Of a stretch of DNA of 54,104 nt, positions 8,940 to 16,805 are shown in pieces. A program made the translations under genes and the position numbers. The notes under the pieces are model-generated. The model made no database searches. It saw only the letters and a program-made list of their open reading frames with translations, and was not told the DNA's origin. Numbering within the stretch: position 1 is the stretch's first letter; each line of letters opens with the position of its first letter. This DNA is from Alphaproteobacteria bacterium. GTDB lineage: Bacteria > Pseudomonadota > Alphaproteobacteria > CAAHEQ01 > UBA3637. The DNA lies in the NCBI GenBank assembly GCA_017453485.1, contig JAFTEW010000055.1, positions 1-54,104 of the forward strand, given 5' to 3'.

Positions 8940-10232
8940 ATGACAAAAGATGTGAAACATCCTGAGATCGGACGGAGTATGGTAGAGATGTTGGGGACGC
9001 TGGCCATTATGGGGGTGCTCACCATCGGGGGAATAGCCGGCTATAACTATGCCATCACGAAATATCGGGCCAATACGCTGTTTACAGAAGCCAAAATGAA
9101 TGCCGTTCAAGTTGTCGGATTAGCATTGACCCACGGATTGCCGGAAGAATTTTCCTTAAACACAGATACTTACCATCTAAATTATGAAAAAGAATCCGAT
9201 ATCGGGTATGTTTTGTATGCTAATGACATAGATGCTGCTGTTTGCCGAATCGTTCAACGAAACCGGAAAGTATCTTGGGCGGAATTGGTCCTGATTAACG
9301 AAGGGCAAGGCTGTTTGGAAGCAGATAACCTGATTGAATTTTATATCAACACCCGGATGGATACGGAAACGACCAATCCAGATCGGGCGGATTTATGCGA
9401 ATCTGATGCGGATTGCGGGGAATGCGGGACCTGTCAATCCGGTGGTGTTTGCCTGTTTAAAAATGATGCCTGCACAGACCCCGCCAAACCTTACTGTAAT
9501 CACGGCACCTGCCAAAAATGCCGACCGGATTATATTGAACGCTATGGTGGCTGGGGATCGGGTGATATCGATTTGAAAGGTAATCTGACTTGCAGTAAAT
9601 GCCCGACCGATGCCGTTTACACCACCCCTGAACAGTGCGAAAAGTGCAATAAAATGACCCCCGGCGGATACTTTTCTGTTCAATGGCACCGCTCCTTTTT
9701 TAATGTGTGTATGACATGCGGTTATACGGGGGATAGCGGTCGTATTCCCACAACACCGGCCGAATGTCGCAAATGTTCCAACCGATGCTATTCTGAAAAA
9801 ACCGGGTATTGCTTTCCGCTATCCCAAAATATGGCGGACACCAATCATGACGGTATTTGTGACGAAAAGTGTCCCGACGATCAAATTGAATATACGGCTC
9901 TGTTCGGAAGTGGTGATGTTGACCTCAAAAGCGGGTGGAAATGTATTGCTTGTAATACAACCGGTATGTATACAACAGCGGAACAATGCCACAAGTGTCA
10001 ACAACAAAATCCCGGTCAATTTTACGCCGTCAAATATTGGGGCCGGAATTTTTTCAATTTGTGTCTGCCCTGTTCAATTGAAGCATCCATATATTCCACA
10101 ACCCGTGAAGAATGTGATCAGTGTGCCAACCGATATTTTTCGGACGGGTTATGCCGTGCCTGTCCGGAAAAAGATTCCGAAGCCTGGCATAACCTGACTG
10201 CCGATCAGCAGGAACAATGTACCCCCGATTAA
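8940..10232 (+). CDS. Prepilin-like N-terminus fused to a cysteine-rich modular domain (hypothetical surface or secreted protein)
   Basis: Leader MTKDVKHPEIG followed by RSMVEMLGTLAIMGVLTIGGIAGY, with Gly at -1, Glu at +5 and a ~20-residue hydrophobic helix. I count about 34 Cys, mostly in CxxC pairs. An internal duplication of ~105 aa spans roughly aa 191-295 and 307-407. Confidence 0.75.
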   Translation: MTKDVKHPEIGRSMVEMLGTLAIMGVLTIGGIAGYNYAITKYRANTLFTEAKMNAVQVVGLALTHGLPEEFSLNTDTYHLNYEKESDIGYVLYANDIDAAVCRIVQRNRKVSWAELVLINEGQGCLEADNLIEFYINTRMDTETTNPDRADLCESDADCGECGTCQSGGVCLFKNDACTDPAKPYCNHGTCQKCRPDYIERYGGWGSGDIDLKGNLTCSKCPTDAVYTTPEQCEKCNKMTPGGYFSVQWHRSFFNVCMTCGYTGDSGRIPTTPAECRKCSNRCYSEKTGYCFPLSQNMADTNHDGICDEKCPDDQIEYTALFGSGDVDLKSGWKCIACNTTGMYTTAEQCHKCQQQNPGQFYAVKYWGRNFFNLCLPCSIEASIYSTTREECDQCANRYFSDGLCRACPEKDSEAWHNLTADQQEQCTPD

Positions 10233-10308
10233 TCTTTTTGGGATGACAGAGGATAAAATAATAAACAACAAAAAGAGATGCACAAAAATAATGGGAAAAT
10301 GGCCAAAA

Positions 10309-10337
10309 GAATCGGCAAAAGTACTTTTTGCCGATTC
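10309..10337. terminator. Bidirectional terminator hairpin between convergent genes
   Basis: Perfect 12-bp stem gaatcggcaaaa / ttttgccgattc with the 5-nt loop gtact, flanked by A/T runs on both sides. Confidence 0.6.
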
Positions 10338-10353
10338 GATTGTTATTCAAAAA

Positions 10354-10884
10354 CTATTCGGATTGATTCGAATCGGGGGTCGGTTTACGTATAATCCGTG
10401 GCCGTAAAACTTTACGAGGTTTTTCCGCTGGTGCCTCGGATAAATTTTGTGTTTCTGATACTTCGGCATTCATGGCTGCCACCGGCACGGATAAATCAAC
10501 AACCTTAACAGTTGTATCCGTTTCCTCGGCAGGCATATCGGCATCGATGATTTGTTCCGATTGCATTGGGGCAGCAGGTGCTGTTGAACGGGCAGCCTGT
10601 TGCTGCAAATGTAAAGCCTGCTCATTCGCAATAGCCTGATTTTGAATGTGCATATAATGATCGGCGTATTGAAAGCAGGTTTCTGCCAGGATATCATCGT
10701 TTTGAATCTGGGCATCCTTTGCGGCTGCTAAATACTTTTCATGCAGTTGCAGAGCTGTTCCACGTAATTTTCCACATGGCCCGGTGCTTTCCAACGCTGT
10801 ATTGCGGAAGATAGTCTGTGGCCTGGAAACCCGACCGGAATTGCTGTGACGACCGTTAAACCGGCCACGTTGATTTGGTTTCAT
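10354..10884 (-). CDS. DUF4167 domain-containing protein
   Basis: MKPNQRGRFNGR...GPCGKLRGTALQLHEKYLAAAKDAQIQNDDILAETCFQYADHY matches the DUF4167 pattern common in Alphaproteobacteria. I chose the ATG at 10884; the ORF-track start at 10968 would overlap the upstream gene. Confidence 0.75.
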   Translation of the reverse strand: MKPNQRGRFNGRHSNSGRVSRPQTIFRNTALESTGPCGKLRGTALQLHEKYLAAAKDAQIQNDDILAETCFQYADHYMHIQNQAIANEQALHLQQQAARSTAPAAPMQSEQIIDADMPAEETDTTVKVVDLSVPVAAMNAEVSETQNLSEAPAEKPRKVLRPRIIRKPTPDSNQSE

Positions 10885-10891
10885 GATATCC

Positions 10892-12004
10892 CTAATATGT
10901 TTGTTGTGTCGGCATTGTTCCCGGCATAATCGGTTGGGGCATCGGCATATACATTGCATTTGGCGCATATACGGGCTGAGCCTGAATTTGACCTTGAACC
11001 TGATACTGTTGCGGTTGGCCCATATAGGGAACCGGAACCATTGACATTGACGGTGTCACATCAGGTTGAGCCGGAATACCGGCCGGTTGAAGCGCCTGAG
11101 CCGGTTGAGATTCTGTCGGTGCGACCATCGGTTGCATCGGCACGGGTTGTTGCGCCTGAATGGGGAGCATATTCGGCATCGGTTGAATCATCGGCGCTTG
11201 AAATGATGTTAATCCAGACAAAACAGACGGGCTAACCGCACCGGCCGGCGCCTGAATATAGACAGGTTGCTGTTGCACAAAAGCCGGTTGTTGTTGCATA
11301 ACGACCGGTTGGTGTTGGATGACGGTCGGTTGCCGTTGAACCGTTATGTCTTGTTGCATAACGACCGGCCGTCGAACAATAACGGGTTGTTGCATGATAA
11401 CCGGTTGTTCAACCGTCATGTTGCGTTGAATTGTCACCGGATATTGAACGGAAATCGGATATTGCCGCGTAATCGGGTATTGCACCTTGGCGGCGGATTC
11501 GATATAACGGGTATCAATTTGCGGCGGCATATTAACAGCTTGTGCCGGTTGAGGTTGGGTTTCCGATACAATTTCCGGCTTTGTTTCCTTCTTTTTTACT
11601 TTTTCACGAACGGAAATCGGAGCCTGTGTTTTAAAATGGTCATCGGAGGCAAATGTCGCATCTGTTCGTTCTGCTAACGGAGCCGCTTCATCCTCGTATG
11701 TCAGGACCAACGGTTTTTGCTTAACTTCCGGCCGTCCGGGACAACCCTCCGTGCAGGTAATACCGGGTTGATCGGCATTATCACGAGCCGGCAAACCAAC
11801 CTGAATATCCGTCAGCGTGACATCATTTGAAACGGTATCGCTGTATGAATCCGGCTGATTGGCAAAGGTCATCGGCTGAGTTTCCCCCATCGCATATGAC
11901 CAGTTAATATAATCAGACGGTGTGCCGTCTGCCACAGCATAGGCGCCCATAGAAAGGCAAACCGATAATCCCGATAAAAAAGCAACTGATAATTTTACAT
12001 TCAT
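10892..12004 (-). CDS. Secreted Pro/Gln/Val-rich repetitive protein (hypothetical)
   Basis: Signal peptide MNVKLSVAFLSGLSVCLSMGAYAVA. The C-terminal two thirds are short periodic repeats (QYPITR/QYPISV/QYPVTI, QQPVIVRR/PVVMQQ/QPVVMQQ/QPAFVQQ/QPVYIQ). Confidence 0.7.
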   Translation of the reverse strand: MNVKLSVAFLSGLSVCLSMGAYAVADGTPSDYINWSYAMGETQPMTFANQPDSYSDTVSNDVTLTDIQVGLPARDNADQPGITCTEGCPGRPEVKQKPLVLTYEDEAAPLAERTDATFASDDHFKTQAPISVREKVKKKETKPEIVSETQPQPAQAVNMPPQIDTRYIESAAKVQYPITRQYPISVQYPVTIQRNMTVEQPVIMQQPVIVRRPVVMQQDITVQRQPTVIQHQPVVMQQQPAFVQQQPVYIQAPAGAVSPSVLSGLTSFQAPMIQPMPNMLPIQAQQPVPMQPMVAPTESQPAQALQPAGIPAQPDVTPSMSMVPVPYMGQPQQYQVQGQIQAQPVYAPNAMYMPMPQPIMPGTMPTQQTY

Positions 12005-12069
12005 AACAAACCTCCGTTATTCATTCTTATGTCTGAGAGATTACAGCGAAATAAAATCAAAATCAAGAC

Positions 12070-12327
12070 TTATTCCGCAATACCCAACAATTTTTTGTAT
12101 TCATCCCGCAGATATTCTGCCTCGGCCCGATCCGCCGGCGTCATTTTGCGGAGTCGTAAAATTTGGCGCATGACTTTGACATCATAACCGTTGCCTTTGG
12201 CTTCGGCAAAAATTTCACGCATATCGGCCCCTAATTCCCGACGTTCTTCCTCAATCCGTTCAATCCGTTCAATAAAGGAAGCCAACTTACCGGCGTCGGC
12301 GGATACCGTTTTTACTTCATCTGTCAT
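12070..12327 (-). CDS. gapR: GapR/DUF2312 (UPF0335) nucleoid-associated protein
   Basis: 85 aa; LASFIERIERIEEERRELGADMREIFAEAKGNGYDVKVMRQILRLRK is the hallmark DUF2312 sequence. Confidence 0.88.
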   Translation of the reverse strand: MTDEVKTVSADAGKLASFIERIERIEEERRELGADMREIFAEAKGNGYDVKVMRQILRLRKMTPADRAEAEYLRDEYKKLLGIAE

Positions 12328-12348
12328 TTTCTATCCCCTCAATACAAA

Positions 12349-12873
12349 TTACTTTTTAGCAGGTGCACATGCTTGAACCGCGGCATTTAAATCGGATTCG
12401 GAGCAAAGACCCAGCGTCACCGGATTCCGCGGCACGATATTGTGAATGTTTTTGTGTGTCCGTTCCCGAATAGCCGTAATGGTCGGCTTTGTGGTGCGGA
12501 GCAACTTAACGATCTGCGAATCCCGCATTTCCGGATGATTTTTGACAATCCAGGCAATGGCCGACGGACGATCCCCCCGCTTGGAATGAGATACGTATTT
12601 TTTGCCCTTGTTTAACAGGCGTTCAACTTCGGGATTCCGATACAATTCCAATGTGGCGTTCGGATCGGCTTCGCACCGTTTAATTTCATCGGCGGTTAAT
12701 TGCTCATTTGCAACCGGATCCAACCCCATAATGTGGGAAGCCACATCACCGTCGGCGATGGCTTGAATTTCCAAAGTGTGCATACCGCAAAAATCAGCGA
12801 TTTGTTGAAACGTTAATGTTGTATGGTCCAACAACCAAACGGCGGTTGCTTTCGGCATTAATGGTAAAGTCAT
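12349..12873 (-). CDS. DUF1013 domain protein (TrcR-type cell-cycle transcriptional regulator family)
   Basis: MTLPLMPKATAVWLLDHTTLTFQQIADFCGMHTLEIQAIADGDVA... and RPSAIAWIVKNHPEMRDSQIVKLLRTTKPTITAIRERTHKN are typical of DUF1013. The ATG at 12873 was chosen because the upstream 44 codons look non-coding. Confidence 0.8.
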   Translation of the reverse strand: MTLPLMPKATAVWLLDHTTLTFQQIADFCGMHTLEIQAIADGDVASHIMGLDPVANEQLTADEIKRCEADPNATLELYRNPEVERLLNKGKKYVSHSKRGDRPSAIAWIVKNHPEMRDSQIVKLLRTTKPTITAIRERTHKNIHNIVPRNPVTLGLCSESDLNAAVQACAPAKK

Positions 12874-13017
12874 TCGTTTATACCTTTCTTTTAAAAATAA
12901 GTTTTGGAATGACCCCACTATAACAAAAATGTTTCCAAAATGCAATAAAAATGATGACAACCGAAAAATAATTTGATATGTTAGGGGCAGGCTACATTTT
13001 AACAAAAGGAGAAAAAA

Positions 13018-13554
13018 ATGAAAAAATATATGGGATTATTGGCCGGAATCTGTTTAATGGCCGGGGCTGCCAGCGCCGATTTTTATGCCGGGGGCGGCTT
13101 AGGTGCCGGTTTTAATGGCGGCAGCGCTTTCAATGGGGGTGTTAAAAGTGAATATAAAAATTCGGCGGTTTATTCCATCGCCGGCGGGTATGAATTACCG
13201 TTACCCCTGTTTGATGTCAGAGGAGAAGCCGAATTTTTGCGGACAAGACCGGAGTTAAAAGATGGTCGGACCAAAAAATTGGATGGTGTATTTTTGAATG
13301 CTTACGGGACGATTCCGTTGATACCGTTGATTGATCCGTATGTCGGTTTGGGTTTGGGACGTGTTCGGTATGATCACACCAATTCATTCGCCGTCCAAGG
13401 TATGTTGGGTGCCGAATATGAATTGCCGTTCGCACCGATGACTGTCGGCGGAGAATACCGTTACCTGAAAGTGAATGAAACAACGGGGAAAGTTAATGCT
13501 CCCTCTAAATACCATACCAACATCTTGATGTTCAAAGTTCGGTATCTGTTCTGA
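13018..13554 (+). CDS. Small outer-membrane beta-barrel protein (OmpA-like / opacity-type barrel)
   Basis: Signal peptide MKKYMGLLAGICLMAGAASA, alternating amphipathic strands, Gly/aromatic-rich composition and a C-terminal Phe (KVRYLF). RBS aaggag lies upstream. Confidence 0.75.
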   Translation: MKKYMGLLAGICLMAGAASADFYAGGGLGAGFNGGSAFNGGVKSEYKNSAVYSIAGGYELPLPLFDVRGEAEFLRTRPELKDGRTKKLDGVFLNAYGTIPLIPLIDPYVGLGLGRVRYDHTNSFAVQGMLGAEYELPFAPMTVGGEYRYLKVNETTGKVNAPSKYHTNILMFKVRYLF

Positions 13555-13623
13555 GGACGATGATTTTTTGAAAACGCCTCGGCCTATGGGTCGGGGTGTT
13601 TTTTATATTTTTTTTGAATAGAC

Positions 13624-13652
13624 TTGACAAAAAGTATAAAAAATGCTAAAAT
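13624..13652 (+). promoter_or_regulatory. Sigma70-type promoter: TTGACA, 17-nt spacer, TAAAAT
   Basis: The -35 ttgaca is at 13624-13629 and the -10 taaaat at 13647-13652. The -10 ends 9 nt before the ATG at 13662, which implies a leaderless or near-leaderless transcript. Confidence 0.45.
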
Positions 13653-13661
13653 CCAACCGTT

Positions 13662-14435
13662 ATGACAGCACAATTTACAGAAAAATACAGTATTGCCGGC
13701 TATGAGTGTGATGCGGATAACCGGTTGAAAATTTCCGCTTTATTTAACCATTTGCAGGAAACCAGTGAAAATTTTGCCAACGCCGGACAATTCGGTTATG
13801 AAACGTTGAATACATCCGGAAAAACGTGGATGATTCGGAATTATGATTTACAGATAGATCAATTGCCGGTTATTCGCGACAAAGTCCGCATGGATGTTGA
13901 AATTGAAAAATTAAATCGGTTCCGTTCGACTTTTCGTAATCGATTATTATCCAAGGATGGTTTGAAATGTCTGGTTGACAGCGTATGCCAATTTGTTCTG
14001 TTGGATAAAATAACACATAAGCCTTTACATATTAAAAAAACGGTTCCGCAGGTCCCGGCAGAAGAAAAATTGGGGCCGGATGGTCGAATTGTGTTTGATG
14101 ATATGCCGGATTTTGAAGCCGGTGTCAAGGTTTCGGAAAATCGGCGGACGGTTGCTTATGAACACATTGATTTTAATCAACATATGAATAATTCCTATTA
14201 TAGCGTTTTTGCTTTGGAAGGTGTGGCGTCTGCCATCAGACAGGCCTATGACGTTCGGCGGATTCGGGTATCCTATAATATGCCGGCCGAACAAGGGGAT
14301 GAAATCATTGTTCAATCGCAGACATTAACCAGACCATCAGTTGTAGAAACGCGGCATAGATTGGTTTCTGTCAATTATCAAACCGAGTTTGCCCGATTGC
14401 AATTTCTGTGGCAAGGACGCCAAAGATTGTCCTGA
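13662..14435 (+). CDS. Acyl-ACP thioesterase family protein
   Basis: 257 aa with a double hot-dog layout. The N-terminus (YSIAGYECDADNRLKISALFNHLQETSENFA) and second half (RRTVAYEHIDFNQHMNNSYY) resemble the FatA/FatB-like bacterial acyl-ACP thioesterases. Confidence 0.7.
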   Translation: MTAQFTEKYSIAGYECDADNRLKISALFNHLQETSENFANAGQFGYETLNTSGKTWMIRNYDLQIDQLPVIRDKVRMDVEIEKLNRFRSTFRNRLLSKDGLKCLVDSVCQFVLLDKITHKPLHIKKTVPQVPAEEKLGPDGRIVFDDMPDFEAGVKVSENRRTVAYEHIDFNQHMNNSYYSVFALEGVASAIRQAYDVRRIRVSYNMPAEQGDEIIVQSQTLTRPSVVETRHRLVSVNYQTEFARLQFLWQGRQRLS

Positions 14436-14513
14436 AATAAAAAATAGACACCCCTTGACATTCTGTTCGAAGTTTGGCAGTATAAACAGCGAAACAGATA
14501 AGACGGGGTATCT

Positions 14514-15071
14514 ATGATTCCAAAATTATACATCGCGCGGACACCGGACGGAAATAAATTTCCGTTGCCGTCTTATACATCAAAACACCATGTCGGATTA
14601 AATTTATGTGCGGCTATCGGGGCACCGGTTAAAATCAATCCGAACGAAAGAATCTATATCCCGGTGGGATTCGCCATTGGTATTCCGCAGGGCTTTTGTG
14701 GCCAAATTGTCAGTCATCCGCAACCGGCGGGAACAATGGGGTTAATTGTATCGGATGCTCCGCATATTTTGAATCCGGCTGATCGGGAACCGATTTTTGT
14801 TTTAATTCATAATATATCATCCAATCCGCATGTTTTACACCGCGGTGATTTTATTGCTCAGTTAATCATTATGCCTGTTGTTCAGGTGTGTTGGCAGGAA
14901 ATTCAATCCAAGGCTGCGGGGACCATTACGGACGAAACAAAGTTGGTCGTTGATGAGGGGCAAATAACGGCGGAACCGGTTCAAGAAAAAAATAAGTTTG
15001 AATCGTTTCGTCGTCCGAAATCATCTATTCGTAATCGGTTTAAAAATTCGGGTGGCGATGATGCGTCTTAA
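14514..15071 (+). CDS. dUTPase-fold protein with degenerate catalytic motifs
   Basis: FPLPSYTSKHHVGLNL, IPVGFAIGIP and GDFIAQLIIMPVVQ align with Dut motifs. The catalytic positions are changed: SAGLDL becomes HVGLNL, RSG becomes SHP, and IDSDYRGE becomes LNPADREP. The C-terminal motif V is absent. Confidence 0.65.
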   Translation: MIPKLYIARTPDGNKFPLPSYTSKHHVGLNLCAAIGAPVKINPNERIYIPVGFAIGIPQGFCGQIVSHPQPAGTMGLIVSDAPHILNPADREPIFVLIHNISSNPHVLHRGDFIAQLIIMPVVQVCWQEIQSKAAGTITDETKLVVDEGQITAEPVQEKNKFESFRRPKSSIRNRFKNSGGDDAS

Positions 15072-15543
15072 TCGGGCGGTGTTTTTCTTATGCCTTTTTA
15101 TCGGGGTCAGTGTTGCTGCGGCCGAGGTCGGAGAGTATGCATCGCTGAAAAAAAATAAGGTTAATTGGCGTGTTGGCCCCGGAGAAAAATACCCGATCCT
15201 TTGGATTTATCAAGAGCAGGGATATCCCGTCAAGATACTGGATACCTATGATGTTTGGCGTCAGATTCAAGAAGCCGATGGCACCATCGGTTGGGTTAAT
15301 AAAAAAATGTTAAGTGATCGACGGACGGTTTTGGTTCAGGAAGAAGGAATCCTGACGACTAAACCGGATGATCAATCCCCGACCGTAGCTGTCGTGGAAA
15401 CAGGAACAATCGGTCGGATTTTAAGATGTCCCGCAACCTATCGCCATTGTCTGTTGTCATTCAAATATCAGGATAAAGACATTAAGGGATGGTTCCCACG
15501 CTCTTTTATATGGGGGATTGCTCCCAATGAGGATATTGATTAA
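15058..15543 (+). CDS. SH3-like domain protein (DUF1058 family), secreted
   Basis: Signal peptide MMRLNRAVFFLCLFIGVSVAAA. KVNWRVGPGEKYPILWIYQEQGYPVKILDTYDVWRQIQEADGTIGWVNKKMLSDRRTVLV matches the alphaproteobacterial DUF1058 pattern. Confidence 0.78.
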   Translation: MMRLNRAVFFLCLFIGVSVAAAEVGEYASLKKNKVNWRVGPGEKYPILWIYQEQGYPVKILDTYDVWRQIQEADGTIGWVNKKMLSDRRTVLVQEEGILTTKPDDQSPTVAVVETGTIGRILRCPATYRHCLLSFKYQDKDIKGWFPRSFIWGIAPNEDID

Positions 15544-16805
15544 TCCGGTATCAATGCCCATTTTTTAAAATCGTCGCCGCGCGCTTCAAAATTCGGATAC
15601 AAATTATAACTGGGGGCTGCCGGAGAAAGGAGTATTGTTCCGCCGACCGGGGTAATATGTTGTGCGATACTGACGGCCGTTGGCATATCCGATGTTCGAA
15701 CAGTTTCAATGTGGTGGTTCTGTGCTTGATCGGCCAATCGTTTACCTGTATCCGGTAGGGTGATCAGTCTGATTTTTTCCCGATTCGCGGCCAGGTAATC
15801 AATCAAAATCGTATAGTCTTGTCCACGGTCCAATCCGCCGGCGATTAAAGTTATCGGTTGTCCGTGAGAAAGGGCTTTTAAGGCTGCAACTGCCGTTTCC
15901 GGGGTTGTGGATATACTATCGTCCACATAGGTTAGATTATCTTTACTCCCTATGGTTTGCAGGCGATGGGGAAGGGCTTGAAACGTATGGAATGCCTCTG
16001 CGCAATCCGCCGGAGATAATCCCAGCATTTGAATGACCGTTAAAACGGCGCAAGCATTTTCGGCATTATGTGTGCCGATTAAAGATAATTTTTGACGGGA
16101 AAACAAAGGAATATCACCGCTATAAAAAGTTTCTTTTTCCAAATGGATGCCGTTTGGCGTATTAAACCAAACGGTTGGAATTGAAATATCAAATTGATGT
16201 GTCTGTGAATCGGTGTCGTTCAGGACGGCTTGACAGCTTTGGGTAATCATATGAATCTTATCTGAATAGTAGCGTTCATGTGATCCGTGCCATTGCAAAT
16301 GTTCCGGATACAAATTGACCAAAACACCGATATCCGGTCGGCCGATCAGGTCTGCACACTGATAACTGGACAATTCGGCAACGACAAAATCAGCCGATGT
16401 GTCTGCCAATTCCAACAGGGGACGACCGATATTTCCCCCCAGTTCCACCGATTGCCCTAAATATTTTAATGTATGCGCCAGTAAGCTGGCGGTTGTGCTT
16501 TTCCCCTTTGTTCCCGTGACGGCAATAACGCGAGTCCTCGGATTTTTGTTAGCAAAAAATAAATTTGTGCCGGACGTGATGATGATGCCTTGTTTAAGGG
16601 CTGTTTGAATCTCGGGGCGATAAAGACTGACCCCGGGAGATTTTATAAGGATATCGCACCGATTGATATCATCCAAATTTGATTCGGATATCTCTAAAAC
16701 AGATGTGTCGGGGCAATGGTTTTGGAGGGCTTGTCGGGCGGCAATACCTTCTCGGCCCATCCCCCAAATGCCGATGGTTTTACCGGTTAAATTCGACCAA
16801 AACAT
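15540..16805 (-). CDS. murD: UDP-N-acetylmuramoyl-L-alanine--glutamate ligase (MurD, possibly the L-Glu-adding MurD2 type)
   Basis: 421-aa Mur ligase with a GMGREGIAA Rossmann N-terminus and P-loop VTGTKGKSTTASLL, followed by GGNIGRPLLE. It lies 15 kb from the dcw cluster and overlaps the upstream ORF by 26 nt. Confidence 0.88.
   Translation of the reverse strand: MFWSNLTGKTIGIWGMGREGIAARQALQNHCPDTSVLEISESNLDDINRCDILIKSPGVSLYRPEIQTALKQGIIITSGTNLFFANKNPRTRVIAVTGTKGKSTTASLLAHTLKYLGQSVELGGNIGRPLLELADTSADFVVAELSSYQCADLIGRPDIGVLVNLYPEHLQWHGSHERYYSDKIHMITQSCQAVLNDTDSQTHQFDISIPTVWFNTPNGIHLEKETFYSGDIPLFSRQKLSLIGTHNAENACAVLTVIQMLGLSPADCAEAFHTFQALPHRLQTIGSKDNLTYVDDSISTTPETAVAALKALSHGQPITLIAGGLDRGQDYTILIDYLAANREKIRLITLPDTGKRLADQAQNHHIETVRTSDMPTAVSIAQHITPVGGTILLSPAAPSYNLYPNFEARGDDFKKWALIPD

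Noticed and set aside
11267-11677. 136-aa plus-strand ORF inside the Q/P-repeat gene
   Set aside because: It is a repeat-induced open frame (Leu/Asn/Arg-rich) antisense to an ORF that has a proper signal peptide and operon context.
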